This document shows, one piece after another, positions 25,799 through 37,945 of a DNA stretch of 64,000 nucleotides; the stretch's first letter is position 1, and each line of letters starts with the position of its first letter. The position numbers were made by a program, and so were the translations under genes. Under the pieces are notes generated by a model. The model was not told where the DNA came from. It did not search any database and was given only the letters and a program-made list of their open reading frames with translations. Source of the stretch: Phoronis australis (lineage: Eukaryota; Animalia; Phoronida); the NCBI GenBank assembly GCA_002633005.1, contig NMRA01000102.1, positions 1 through 64,000 of the forward strand. The letters are read 5' to 3'.

Positions 25799-25873
25799 CC
25801 TTCAAAGATTGACGCAACCCAGTAGGTAATCCCTACTACAAAGGACAGAAATACGCCAGCTTGACTCTTTTGT
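25799..25873 (-). CDS. PEMT: PEMT coding exon 5
   Basis: atttttcag| QKSQAGVFLSFVVGITYWVASIFE(G) |gtatgc. 75 nt. Confidence 0.93.
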
Positions 25874-26927
25874 CTGAAAAATGCAACCACAAATGGTTAA
25901 AATATGAGCATTGGAGATTGCTTTTGGTAAGAAACTGCAATGTGTAAATCAAACTAGCAAAAGGGGTTAAAAGTACGTGTCATTCCAGTTTAATTCTTGA
26001 TATTCACCCAATCATGTAGTTTACTGGTTAATTGTGAGCCAAAGATGTCCCTTCCATAAACTCGAACACTATACCATATAACAAGATGCATGACCCAAAA
26101 GATGCCCCTTCCATCAACTCAAATAAACACTAACTACACAACAAGACGCTGACATAACATGAAATGGCAGTGTACTGCAAAAGAAGAGCTGATTATGTAA
26201 TAGCAGACTGTTTCATATTTGCATATAAGAAGACACTGGGTGATGAGTCGGTCATTGGTTAGTCTGACCCATCCAAGATGCAGCAGTGCTGGACAGACAG
26301 ACACGAGAGAGAGAGAGATAACAATATGCACCGATATATGAATAAACATATGGGCACATAAAAATGGTACTGGGAGTAAATACTACCCTTGCAAATAATC
26401 ACGTTTAATTGCGTATTTTTTAAACCAATCTTTTATGAAACACGAAGCTGTATGGGTTTTTGTCCCACTTCTGTTGACATCATGACACTATCCTGTCACT
26501 GCCCCATAAAAATTTGCACGAGCACCTCATGGTAGTTTCCCGCATCCCAAGATTGTACAACAAGGTGACATTTTTATCGCACTTCCCCTGTTCAGTAGGG
26601 AAAGTCCCAAGTTAACTACTGTATATGGTGGTAACTGAAGTGCACATTCCAGTCCTTCGCAGAGAACCAAAGATAAGAATTTAAAATAATCCTGACTATC
26701 GTATTGGATTTTAGGTTACTCTGTGTGTCGTAGATGATTGGCACATGTTGTGATGGCTTAACTTGGTGACTGGCTGCGAGGACTGCCTAACAAAATAGCC
26801 AGGAGTCATTAGCCTTTCATTACCATTCTAATCTAAGATGGACACTGACTGCATGCCAAGTCACAGTTATTGAGTTAATATGTCCAACCATGGCCATGTT
26901 AATGAGTGTAGTCATCAACAGACTTAC

Positions 26928-27039
26928 ATGAGAGCAGTACCCAGGAAGTTGAGAGTGGTTCCAATGTACATCGGATGGTCGACGACGTTAAATGGGAAAT
27001 CTGTGATGCGGACATCCATTAAAATACCAAAATAGTCGC
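26928..27039 (-). CDS. PEMT: PEMT coding exon 4
   Basis: aatcag| (G)DYFGILMDVRITDFPFNVVDHPMYIGTTLNFLGTAL(I) |gtaagt. 112 nt; GDYFGIL and FPFN...PMY signatures. Confidence 0.95.
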
Positions 27040-28338
27040 CTGATTCAAAAACAAACAGCACATCAACTTAAAACAATTGATTACTTTTAACAGTAGCCAT
27101 TAGATAACATGCAAACAAATTTATAAACACGGTGTGAATGGAAAACCAAACTGAAATGTGGCGTATTATGCATTAAAACTTAAGTGTGGCATATTATGCA
27201 TTAAAAGGAGACAGGAACAGTGTTCACTTTCCATTATAGATTTACTCTCTTTTATTTTGTATCATTCTAAATCAAGTTACACATTAAAGTAGAACAAGAG
27301 GTTTTCAGCCACTGTCTGAATCTAAAGTTGATCACTGTCAAATACAATAGACCACATTTTGTACTTATGTATAAAAAAACAAAATCGTAAAGGTGCTAAA
27401 AACTTATTTAGATCTTTTGCTAGGAACAGGAAATGAAACTACTAAAATAAATTACTTCACCAAGAACAAAGTAAAATTTTAACTTGACCTCTGTTGCCTA
27501 AAAGCCCATAACCATAGGAATGCAAAGCATGAGTGACCTGTAATGTACTGCATCTTTATACAACACATGACCATAGACTGAGCCTAGGTGAGTGAAATTC
27601 AGGGCTCACAATGACCAATGACATGTGATGTATTGTTCCATAAATAAATAAGCTTGTGTGAAAAAAATATTATTTGTGTTCTAAAATTTAAATGACGTAA
27701 ATGTTTTTGCATGAATAAAGTTAAAGTAATGATAAAAAGAGACACAAAAGATGAAATTGGAGCCAAAAAGAGGAAATCCTCTTAAAAGAGGAAAATTCCA
27801 AACCGTGGAAATTGGAACAGCCTACAGAGGACAAAAATGCAAAAATGTCAGCATGGAACGGAAATCATAAAGAATCTTTACTCTAATAATAAATTAATTA
27901 TTCATTAACTTTTCTCATGTTGTTTCCAAGCTACAAACAGAAAGCAACTGCAGAGCCGAATCTGCAGTAGCCACTTTAAGTGAGGCTGCAACTGTTCAAC
28001 AAAAGGGCCAGAAATCTAAGAACCAAAAAAATCTTCCAGTAAGTCTGAAATTGTTAGCTTTCTGATGACTTTGTGGCCTAAAGTAAGTCAATACTTAACC
28101 AATACGGGCTTCTTTTGATGTCACTCTGACATGAAAAAAATTGTAAGAACTATAGCTTTCTAGACTAAATGCGAGCAAGGCAACAGTAAAACTGAATCTA
28201 TCAGATTACTGCCACCTCACCCTAGCAAAGAGATCAATCAAAGTTCTATGCCTGGACAATATTTTCATATGCCAACACCATCAAAGGATGCACAGAATTG
28301 TGTATTTAAGTTATTAAACACAAAACTAGCACACATAC

Positions 28339-28484
28339 CTAGAAATGTCCCTGTAATTTTCAATCTCCAAAAACTTGAAAGCACCAAAATGGTTCCAAGG
28401 AAAATGACTCCATACCCTACGTACAATGTCACTACATTATCTAATGCAACCCATTCTCTCTGGCTTTCTATGGCAACTTGAAAC
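28339..28484 (-). CDS. PEMT: PEMT coding exon 3
   Basis: tactttcag| FQVAIESQREWVALDNVVTLYVGYGVIFLGTILVLSSFWRLKITGTFL(G) |gtatgt. 146 nt. Confidence 0.95.
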
Positions 28485-29090
28485 CTGAAAGTAAAAAATT
28501 GTTCACGTTCGACGTTGACGTGGTTTGACTTGGTTAAAAAAGAAATAATAGTATATCACTGCAATTTTTGTTAATTTTCAATTAAAAACACCAATTTACT
28601 TAACCCGCATGCGCGCACCCCCTATTTGGTGAAGTGGGCAAAAAGGTCTGCCTCAGAGAAACAAAAAGTCCGAAAAAAGTAGAAAACGAGACAAAAGTCC
28701 ACTAAAAAGGAAGGAATCTGGCAGATGGAGAATTCATAGCTCTGAACATACCCCGTTTTTTTGTAAACAGTCCGCATTCTAAAAAATTTGAGCCCCCACC
28801 TACTTTTTAGGTTGGGTGCGCACATGACCTGTGCTGCGTATAGTAAATGCGAGACAGCCACGAGACATTTGCAATAAAAAATCATCACTTTCAAAACAGA
28901 AAGTGAATTTTCTCCTTCAATTCAATATTCCAATCTCGTTAGCCAAACATTTCAGAGTCAAGTGTGAGTCACCCCACAAATGTGAGAGACTTGTCTTATT
29001 TGTTGCTCGACTTCACCACTTTCAATCAAACCTATTCTCCACTTGCTACAGCACGCTCCCTTTAAAAGTTCACCTATGTTTAGTAACTAC

Positions 29091-29209
29091 CTCCAATCCC
29101 TATTCAGGCCAAAAGCAGTGATTACAACAGCTAGGAAGTAGCATCCAATACGTGCAGATCCACAACATAGCTTGGTCAAGAAATGAGTTCTGTACTCAAG
29201 TCGAGCAAC
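29091..29209 (-). CDS. PEMT: PEMT coding exon 2
   Basis: ttttcttgcag| VARLEYRTHFLTKLCCGSARIGCYFLAVVITAFGLNRDW(R) |gtagtt. 119 nt; continues the FWN.VAR.E motif. Confidence 0.93.
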
Positions 29210-30166
29210 CTGCAAGAAAAAGATTAGTGTACTAGGCAAACCAAATCTTAGGGAGATTCATCACTTCTGAATAATGGCAAAATGGGTGACAGTGCTGTGA
29301 AATGGGTAAAGGGGCAACAATGCTGTAAAATTGGTGACATTTTGCCATATTCATCCAAGAGCAAACCAAGTCAATCCCAGGCTGGTGGGTAAATAGGTAT
29401 ACCTGAGGTGATAACTCTACCAGAAGTGTAACCAATGAATTAATTAAATTATTCACCACTTGCCAATACTTTTGCTTTTGTCATCAACATGAAACCAAAA
29501 TACCCACTGGAGTTTATTAGGGTCTCCTCTCCACTCCTTCCAGTCCGAATTACAATGTAAAGGTTGACCGTACGTACACTTAACGAAATAAGCAGCTGAT
29601 ATGGGGACCAGCAGGTCCCTGACATTTTTGTCTTTTTGACACTAATATCTCAACTCCCTTGTTTTAAGAAGTTTGCGAAAGTGGGGAAGGTGTAAATTCG
29701 CTTGCCAGGGAGGAGTTAGTGAGAAAGCACGGAGTTGGAGTGGAGTATCAATACAATGGGATTTCCCAAATGGGAGAGTAAGGTAAGACATGGCGAATGC
29801 AATCTGCATTGAATGAAAGGTCACCTATACACAAGTCTACAGTAGGACTCTCCAGTTCGGGAGTCTCTGAAATTTGGGACAAGGAGATTAAAGCAGAACG
29901 CAGAGGCAGATCTACATTTTCAATAACAGGGGGTTTAGGATTCACGCAAATCCGAGGCGCCAAGCGGAGGAAAGGTGGGGAGGGGGTTTCTCCCTTCCCA
30001 TGTAAATTTTTTTTTATAAGCTGATTTTGTTTTCCTGGCGACATTTTTTTAATTTTTATATTTGATCCTGTCCCGAAGGGGAGGTTTGAACTACCTGAAC
30101 CCCCCCCCCGTCTGGTAAGTGAATTTTCTTGATTCTGAAAAATTGGACGCAACTGATTTTGAAATT

Positions 30167-30845
30167 ACGATGAATGTTTTCAGTCATCCAGTTGGGTCAT
30201 AGTATAAGAATCAATAAATCTATTACTGGACTTACGGTACGTGGAGATGGCTACGTTGCGTCCTCCTCTCGAGGACTTCATCGGGCCACTGAGTTGTCAC
30301 GTGACTTGTCACATGACTTGTCACGTGATCTGTCATACAGTCTCCGTGGAATTCTCTTCAGCGCCCTATCCCATGTCCTAGGTAAGTGAAACTGCAGCCC
30401 CCCCCCCATGTCTATTGAGGCTAGGATTCTCAATTCTCTCATAGATAGCTTCTTTGACCCTTCTCCGAAACCAATTGTCTTCTCTATCCAGGATCTTCAC
30501 ATCTTCCATGGCAGTTTTTAGTCACATGGCTTCCACAGACCACTCTTTCGCCATGGAAGATGTGAAGATCCTGGATAGAGAAGAGAATTGGTTTCGGAGA
30601 GGGGTCAAAGAAGCTATCTACGAGAGAATTGAGAATCCTAGCCTCAATAGACAGGGGGGCTTCGGTTTCACTTACCTAGGACATGGGATAGGGCGCTGAA
30701 GAGAATCCAGCAGAAACTGTACGGCAGATCACATGACAAGTCACGTGACAACTCAATGGCCTGATGAAGTCCTCGAGAGGAGGACGCATCGTAGCCACCT
30801 CCACGTACCGTAAGTCCAGTAATAGATTTATTGATTCTTATACTA
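30167..30845. mobile_element. Penelope-like 3' fragment with inverted duplication, in a PEMT intron
   Basis: Arms at about 30197-30512 and 30550-30848 are reverse complements. Encodes an endonuclease tail DHSFAMEDVKILDREENWFRRGVKEAIYERIENPSLNRQGG. 13-bp direct repeat TGATTTTGAAATT at 30154-66 and 30846-58. Confidence 0.85.
30757..30797 (+). ncRNA. Hammerhead-like motif with mutated GAAA; second copy on - at 30248..30288
   Basis: TGGC CTGATGA A GTCCTC gagag GAGGAC GCATCGTA GCCA. Confidence 0.6.
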
Positions 30846-31284
30846 TGATTTTGAAATTCATCCTTATTCTTTCTCAAATGTCGTACACTGCATTTTTGTA
30901 TCAACAGTCTGAAAATAGACTTGGCAGTTCAAAGCATGGTCAAAAATAGTTGATAATGCAACCTTATAACATCGAAGTGAATACTCGTTCATTGATCATA
31001 GTTGGCTGCATTGCATACCTTGAAAGCTCACCAACCACAAAATACCTGAATGTACAGTGCAACCTAGTAACTGAACTGAAAGATAAACACCCAAAGTTTC
31101 CATCAACAAGCTTATGCCAACACCTGTATGAAAGCAGAATAGTGAGGAAGTCACAGATAACAGAAATCTCGGATCAAAACAGAGCAGATGTACATTGTTC
31201 AGTCAAAAAAGTTGTGAACTGTCAGGACCTGTGGCCTGTTAATTCCAAATGAAGATGACCATCTGAAAATATATCAAAACTTAC

Positions 31285-31380
31285 CAGATTCCAAAAGGTT
31301 GGATTGAACAATGTAGAGGCTACACTGAGCCAAACATTTCTGTCAGACCAGTCAATGACAACTTCAAATGGCAACTCCAT
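31285..31380 (-). CDS. PEMT: Phosphatidylethanolamine N-methyltransferase, coding exon 1
   Basis: ATG at 31380 with an in-frame TAG just upstream. MELPFEVVIDWSDRNVWLSVASTLFNPTFWNL |gtaagt. An acceptor at 31442-31444 implies an upstream UTR exon. Confidence 0.92.
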
Positions 31381-32919
31381 TATTGGCTAGTAATCAAACC
31401 ATCTATTCTTTAGAGTTTCATTCAGACATCCAGACTTAAACCTGATGGTGGAATTTAGACCCTGTAATTTTCCTATGTTGCTTAATAGCGTTCTATATGC
31501 TTTTAGTATTGTGATCAGACCAATTCAAACAGATAAAAGATACCTGTAAACTAGGTCAAAGTTGTTGGCAGGTGTCTACTGTGTTGCAGTGAGTTATGAC
31601 CTCCACAATAGAGTACCAACAAACCAATTAATCTAACCCCCTTGTAATTGCACGCATAGACCATGTGATTTTGATAGATTTATTTCCTGGGTCTAATCAG
31701 ATTTGAATTGAATAATTATTCACACCCCCCACTCGTTGTAATTGCAAGCAGTTTGTGTCAGTCAGGAACGAATTGTCCGTGTTTTTAACCCAGTGACAGA
31801 TAAACTAAACAGTGAATCAAAAGTTTATCGGGTTTAATACGCAGATGACATTAACAACGAGATGGGACTGTAAGAGTTCCAACCAAACACAGTCGTATGA
31901 ACAACACTAACAATACAATGGCGCTGAGAAACGAAATGTAGTCCCGTTCATTCGAGTTTCATAAAGCTCCGTGGTATGACTGACATTTTGCAGCACGCTA
32001 ATATATTTGAAAACATCAGACTTTTTAACAACGTTCTCGCGAAATCACCCTTTCAAAGTCAAAATCCTGTTTCTGTTTGAGCCGTGAGAAATTTTGTGGT
32101 TGTCGGGTCCCGCTGTTTGATCAAACTTACAAGTTTCGTGCTCAAATGAACAACCCGCGAGCTTGCCCATTTCGGTTAAAACTTGGGGGAAAGCAGCCAT
32201 TGCTTGGGTAATCGCCCAGCCCCGTCTCAGGGTTTCCCAATATAAGTGCCAAGGGTAATAACCCGCGAGTTTACGGTTATGTACATATTTAGTGAGATCT
32301 CGAAAGTGATTTTACAGCTTCCTGAACAATCATTTCATTGAATTGATTATGCTAATTTTGATTTTTTTATAAGAATCATAAAAGCCCTATTTTTGACAGA
32401 CTATCGTGTACAAGGGGAGCATTATACAAACAATCCCAGTATATTAGCAAACAGTGCATAAAGCAGGTCTGAAATTAAAGCAAGAAAAAGTAAAATGGTC
32501 TGCTGGCAGATCTAAACACATTCAATAAATGGTCAAGCAAACTTAGTTAACGGGTATTCAGTGGTCTGGATTTCAACAAATATCTGGCAGGTAATGGTCA
32601 CAATTGTTGATTTGTAATAAAATCATTAAAACACCACAGAGTTTTACAGATCTGGTCAAAGATAATAACTTGAAGAAGGCTATCCCTTCCAACAAGTCCA
32701 AAAATCTGTTTTTCAGGCGTAAAACCGATAATGTGGCATTTACCTTGTTTACCATACTCCTCAGTATAGAGTTGGACCAATCCCCAGGCCTTAAACATTC
32801 TAGTCTACACAAAGTGTGTCATTCTACCAGCTTAATTGACCAGTTAAGCATTAAGCAACCTTTGCAGTAAAACAATGACTTGGTCACTGAATAGAAAATC
32901 AATGATGTGTATTTGTCAC

Positions 32920-33145
32920 CATCAGTCATGGTGAGACAATACACACAATTAGCAATAAGCTAACATCAGTCATGGTGAGACAATACACACAATTAGCAAT
33001 AAGCTAACATCAGTCATGGTGAGACAATACACACAATTAGCAATAAGCTAACATCAGTCATGGTGAGACAATACACACTATTAGCAATAAGCTAACATCA
33101 GTCATGGTGAGACAATACACACAATTAGCAATAAGCTAACATCAG
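32920..33145. repeat. 44-bp tandem repeat, 5 near-identical units
   Basis: CATCAGTCATGGTGAGACAATACACACAATTAGCAATAAGCTAA. Confidence 0.95.
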
Positions 33146-33241
33146 GGTGTCGATGTCAATTGATGAAACAATATTTCACTTGTACCAAATGCAGACGTTC
33201 ATCACACTGGAGGAGAAACTTCATTCAAAATGCTGTACCAC

Positions 33242-33632
33242 AAGTTGACTCAGTTATGCAGGTAACAGTAAGTTGACTCAGTTAAGCAGGTAACAGTAAG
33301 CTGACTCAGTTATGCAGGTAACGGTAAGCTGACTCAGTTATGCAGGTAACGGTAAGCTGCTCTCAGTTATGCAGGTAACGGTAAGCTGACTCAGTTATGC
33401 CAGTAACGGTAAGCTGACTCAGTTATGCAAGTAACGGCAAGCTGACTCGGTTATGCAAGTAACGGTAAGCTGACTCAGTTATGCAGGTATCGGTAAGCTG
33501 ACTCAGTTATGCAGGTAACGGTAAGTTGACTCAGTTACGCAAGTAACGGTAAGCTGACACAGTTATGCAGGTAACGGTAAGCTGACTCAGTTATGCAAGT
33601 ATCAGTAAGCTGGTTCAGTTATGCAGGTAACG
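33242..33632. repeat. 28-bp minisatellite, about 14 units
   Basis: AAGCTGACTCAGTTATGCAGGTAACGGT. Confidence 0.95.
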
Positions 33633-34028
33633 CTGTTCACATCACAACTGGCATTTGTGAATTTTCTAGATCTATACTTGCTAACTTTTGGTAAATAGGA
33701 TACAGTGGTTTTGTAGGTGTGCAGAATTCTCCGTAAGCCATTTCGACAGGGTGATGCACAATTTCTAATTTGAGATTTGCCTTTGTTCCCTGATTGAGTA
33801 CTCCAAGCCTCAATTTGGTCCCTCAGTTTAAATTTTTTCAGGCAGCTAAAGTTTACACCTTCAAGGTCATGTAGACCAACTTTTGAAACATTACATCTCA
33901 ATAATGGCTAATTGGATTCACATGAAATGTTTAGATACTAAGCTTTTTAAACAGTTTCCAAAACGCAATTAGGAATTGTTTTTAAAATGTTCTAATTTTA
34001 CATGAGGGCTATCAAAAATAGGACTTAC

Positions 34029-34250
34029 AAAACTTCTATGAAAAACGAATAGTTTAAAAAACTGTCAGATGCGGTACAGACTGGATAGTACGTAAATTGT
34101 GACGCTTGGTGGAATAATTTTGGGAGCGAGGTATCCCGAGTTCTCATGAGAGATTCAATTACATATTGTGAGAGAATGACAAAAGCGATCACATAAGTAC
34201 TGAACCCAAAGGTCTTGCTACGCACTGCAAACTAACACAACATCGTTGTA
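34029..34250 (-). other. Candidate 5' UTR exon of PEMT
   Basis: GTAAGT donor on the minus strand at 34028-34023 in a unique, CpG-containing stretch upstream of the 31441 acceptor. The upstream boundary is a guess. Confidence 0.35.
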
Positions 34251-34529
34251 TTCATCCTCTACACATCCCAAATTACATAACTTACACCTATTTTCAAAGG
34301 GAATATTTGTGTGGCGACCTCTTTCAACTTTTTGTAACGAATGAATTGAGTATCACAATCGAGTCAGAGACTGGACAGAAACACGTGGGATACTAAATAT
34401 TTCTAAATAATTCTCTAGACAAATTACACTGCATTAAACCTCACATAGTACAACAGCTTTGCATTACATTGGATATCAGATTGTCAGAAATATGCTTGCT
34501 TCAACACACCCTGATTAATCCATACATCT

Positions 34530-35872
34530 GACAAGAGCAACGTGGAGCGTTGAAATGTGCCTACGAATGCATTGCAAATGGTGTACTTTTAGGCCTGTTT
34601 ATTTGTATCATAAAAATGGAAACTAAATGACGCAAAAACATACAATCCATCCATAAACAAGGAACATGCCATATTTCATAAAAATCTGTCAAGGATCTTT
34701 AGAGAAGCAAAGGAAAACAGAATAAAATGAAATTGCCACTAGTGGTCACAGAGTCCGTTGGATCCGTCTGAAAGTGGTCGTCGTCTGTTGTTATCTTCAT
34801 ATAAATACACTGTCTTACTAAATTTAGAAAAGATCCTGCAGCGGGTTTAAGAGATACAACTATGGGCACGAAACAAAACTACCACTCGGAGGCGCCACAG
34901 AAATCAGTCACCATCATCAAAGGTCATCTTCACACAGAGAACATATTATATGCCAAATTTTCAAATGGTTTGGTTGATACAGGGATGGACACCAAAAAGA
35001 ACATATATACCAATTTTCAAATGATTTGATTGATACAGGGATTGACACCAAAAACAAGATTTGAAAACAGCAAAAGTGGCCACTAGGTGGTGCAAAATAC
35101 CTCGATTCCATCCAAAAACTGGCAGATAGCATCATCACACCAATAGATGCCATTGCCTATATTTAGAATTTTATGAAAATCTGTTGAGGACCTTTGAAGA
35201 TACTGAGTTAAACGGAAAAAACTAAAATTGACACTGCTGGGCACAGTAGTAGTCAGATCTGTCTGAAAGTCGTCGTCATTTGCAGTCAGCATCACATAAA
35301 TACACTTGATAAATTAAGTAAAGATCCTGCGAACGGTTTAGGAGATACAGCCATAGGCGCAACAGAAACAAAACTGCCACTAGGAAGCGCCACAGCAGTC
35401 AAAATCGTCAGAAAATCATCGTCATCCATCCTCTTTATAGTAAGCACATACATGCCAATTTTCACAATCACCCTTTGAGCGGTTTGGTTGTTAGAGGGGT
35501 GGACGCAAAAAAACAGACTCGAAAACAGTAAAAATGGCCACTAGGTGGCGTAAACTACGTTGAATCTATCCGAAAAGGGGAGGATAGCGTCATCTCACTA
35601 ATAGGTGTCTACAAACCAAATTTCATGAAAAACCTTTCTGGACTTTTGAAGATACAAAGGTAAACGTAAAAAACTAAAATTTCCACTAGGGGGCACACCG
35701 GAATTCGGATCCGTCTGAAAGTTCGCTCATGCCGTCCCATTCATAAATGGAACATATATGCCAAATTCCATGAACATATGTCAAAGGGTTTTGAAGATAG
35801 AGCAGCAGACGCCGGACGGACACCGCCCGTACGGACGGACGGACGGAGATGATGGCATAATGCGTCCACACA
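34530..35872 (-). mobile_element. Near-complete copy of the Helentron/DINE-like repeat
   Basis: (GGAC)n microsatellite near one end (35812-35846), ACAAGAGCAACGTGGAG at the other (reverse complement of 22733-22749), tandem internal units. The family assignment is an inference from this architecture. Confidence 0.6.
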
Positions 35873-37682
35873 TTTATATATATTTATACCATATACAGAC
35901 AGAAGTTTCCTTACAAAACTTCCCCAATTATAAGAAGATCCTCCAATCAAGTATGACTGAAAAAGCATATCGTATGCAGCCTTTACCCCACGATTACTAG
36001 ACATCCACAGTATTTTGAACCAGGATACAAAATATTTAGTAAACAATGGGAATTGACCACATAAGAATTACAAGACAGATAAACTTTGTGTAGGCAGGTA
36101 CTTTTGACAAATTTATCTCAAGACTTTGTTGATGATACAAAATCCAGTGTCCAATATTTGAGAAATAAAATGAACACCATGAATATCATGAACATTAAAA
36201 TTGCCCATGTCCCAATGTTCTGAATCAAGAAAATTCAATTTTGGCTTGAACTTCTATGTCCCACATTTTAGAGACTATCCAAACTGGAGAATTTTACAGC
36301 ATATGCTTTTGCCAAGATAAATGACTACATGAACAGACTTGTTGACTTACATAACATTAACATTCCACTGTGTACTGTGTCAAAATATGCTCTCTGACAC
36401 TTTTCTGCAATCAGATCAGCAAAAAACAATTTCACTAAAGTGCAGGAACGAAGCTCTTAATTTCAAAAATACTCTTAAGCTACACCCCCACTCCCCCCAG
36501 TGGGAAGGGAACATGCCCGGACACAAAACATCTTGTGTCGTTTGTTCACAAAACCTTCTGAGGCTCAACTACTTTTAACTTTTGGGAAGTGGAGAAGCAA
36601 GGCCTGATGTAGCTAACGACAAAACTAAAATAATTATTTTCTTGGTTGCTATAACATACAGTGACATACACCCTGCACAAAAATTCAAAAATACACCCAA
36701 GGCACATTTTGAGGGGAATACAGATGGTTGAATTCCAACAACATTCACAGGAAATGGATAACAAAGCCATTAAAATGAACTAAATTATCCATCACATATT
36801 AACAAAATAGTTCAGGTTGCAGTATTTCATGGAGAATAATGTCTGGTAATTTTCCATTTGAGTGGCCAGCTTCATTATTTGTCCAATTGTGGGTATATCT
36901 GCAGTATACCCCAGAGTGTTCAGTATTGAATATATGCCCTGTGGTCATTTGTTCAACAATCAACTTTTAGTGTATCATGTAAGAAATGCGTTGATTTTTT
37001 CGTCATTCACATTTTGCATTAGCAATTCATATTATTTCATACATATATATATATTCATACCTCAATTTTGTCATTGAGTTATACAAAGTCATTTTATTGT
37101 CATCACAGTTACTTCAATCTCTGAATTATTTCTTCAAAACATAGTATTTGGACTCTTTCTGGGATATTTTCAAATATACTTATCTCCATAGCTTTTTTTG
37201 TAAAAATCAAATACGTAACTTGAAAATTTCAAAGAATAAACAGTGAACTCTTTCATAAACTCATTGTCCTCATTTTAGTTTATTTTATCCTCATTTTGTT
37301 TAGTTTGCCCTTAACTTAGAAGAAAATTTATCAAGTCCTTCCTCAAACTATGTGAGTTTATTTTCCAGTAAAAACAAATAGGCATTGTGCTCCATGTTTG
37401 ACAACATGTTTGATTACTTAGGGTTATGTTGAGCAAGTGTTTCTTGTAAACATTCTTTAGTTAATAACAGTGTACAGTAGCCATGGAGCTGGCACTACTT
37501 CACATCAGGTCTACAGATAATATACCTGGATAGACCAGGCGCATTGATGAGATTCACAGGAAATCGGGTATGTGGTTCTTTAGTCATTTTTCACAACTAG
37601 ATCATCATTTGATTTTCAAAAGTTGGGCTCAGATTTAAAAAAAAAATAATCAATGCAATCATCTTTGTACATTCACAGGCTG

Positions 37683-37945
37683 ACTATCTAGCTAACACAA
37701 CTATCTAGCTAACACTGCTTTCACATCAATCACCTTTGTATATTTCAAAGGCTGACTATCTAGCTAACACAACTATCTAGCTAACACAACTATCTAGCTA
37801 ACACAACTATCTAGCTAAAACAACTATCTACCTAACACAACTATCTAGCTAACACAACTATCTACCTAACACAACTATCTACCTAACACAACTATCTAGC
37901 TCAAACTGCTTTGTATATTCAAATGACCACTATCTGGCTAACACA
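37683..37945. repeat. 17-bp minisatellite
   Basis: ACTATCTAGCTAACACA. Confidence 0.9.

Noticed and set aside
27777-27792. Hairpin TCCTCT-TTTA-AGAGGA (minus strand) resembling a histone stem-loop
   Set aside because: Lacks the GG..CC base and consensus flanks; lies in a PEMT intron with no adjacent ORF.
32920-33632. CRISPR-like regular arrays (also 45449-45872 and 51078-51470)
   Set aside because: Head-to-tail units with no unique spacers, no cas genes, eukaryotic context.
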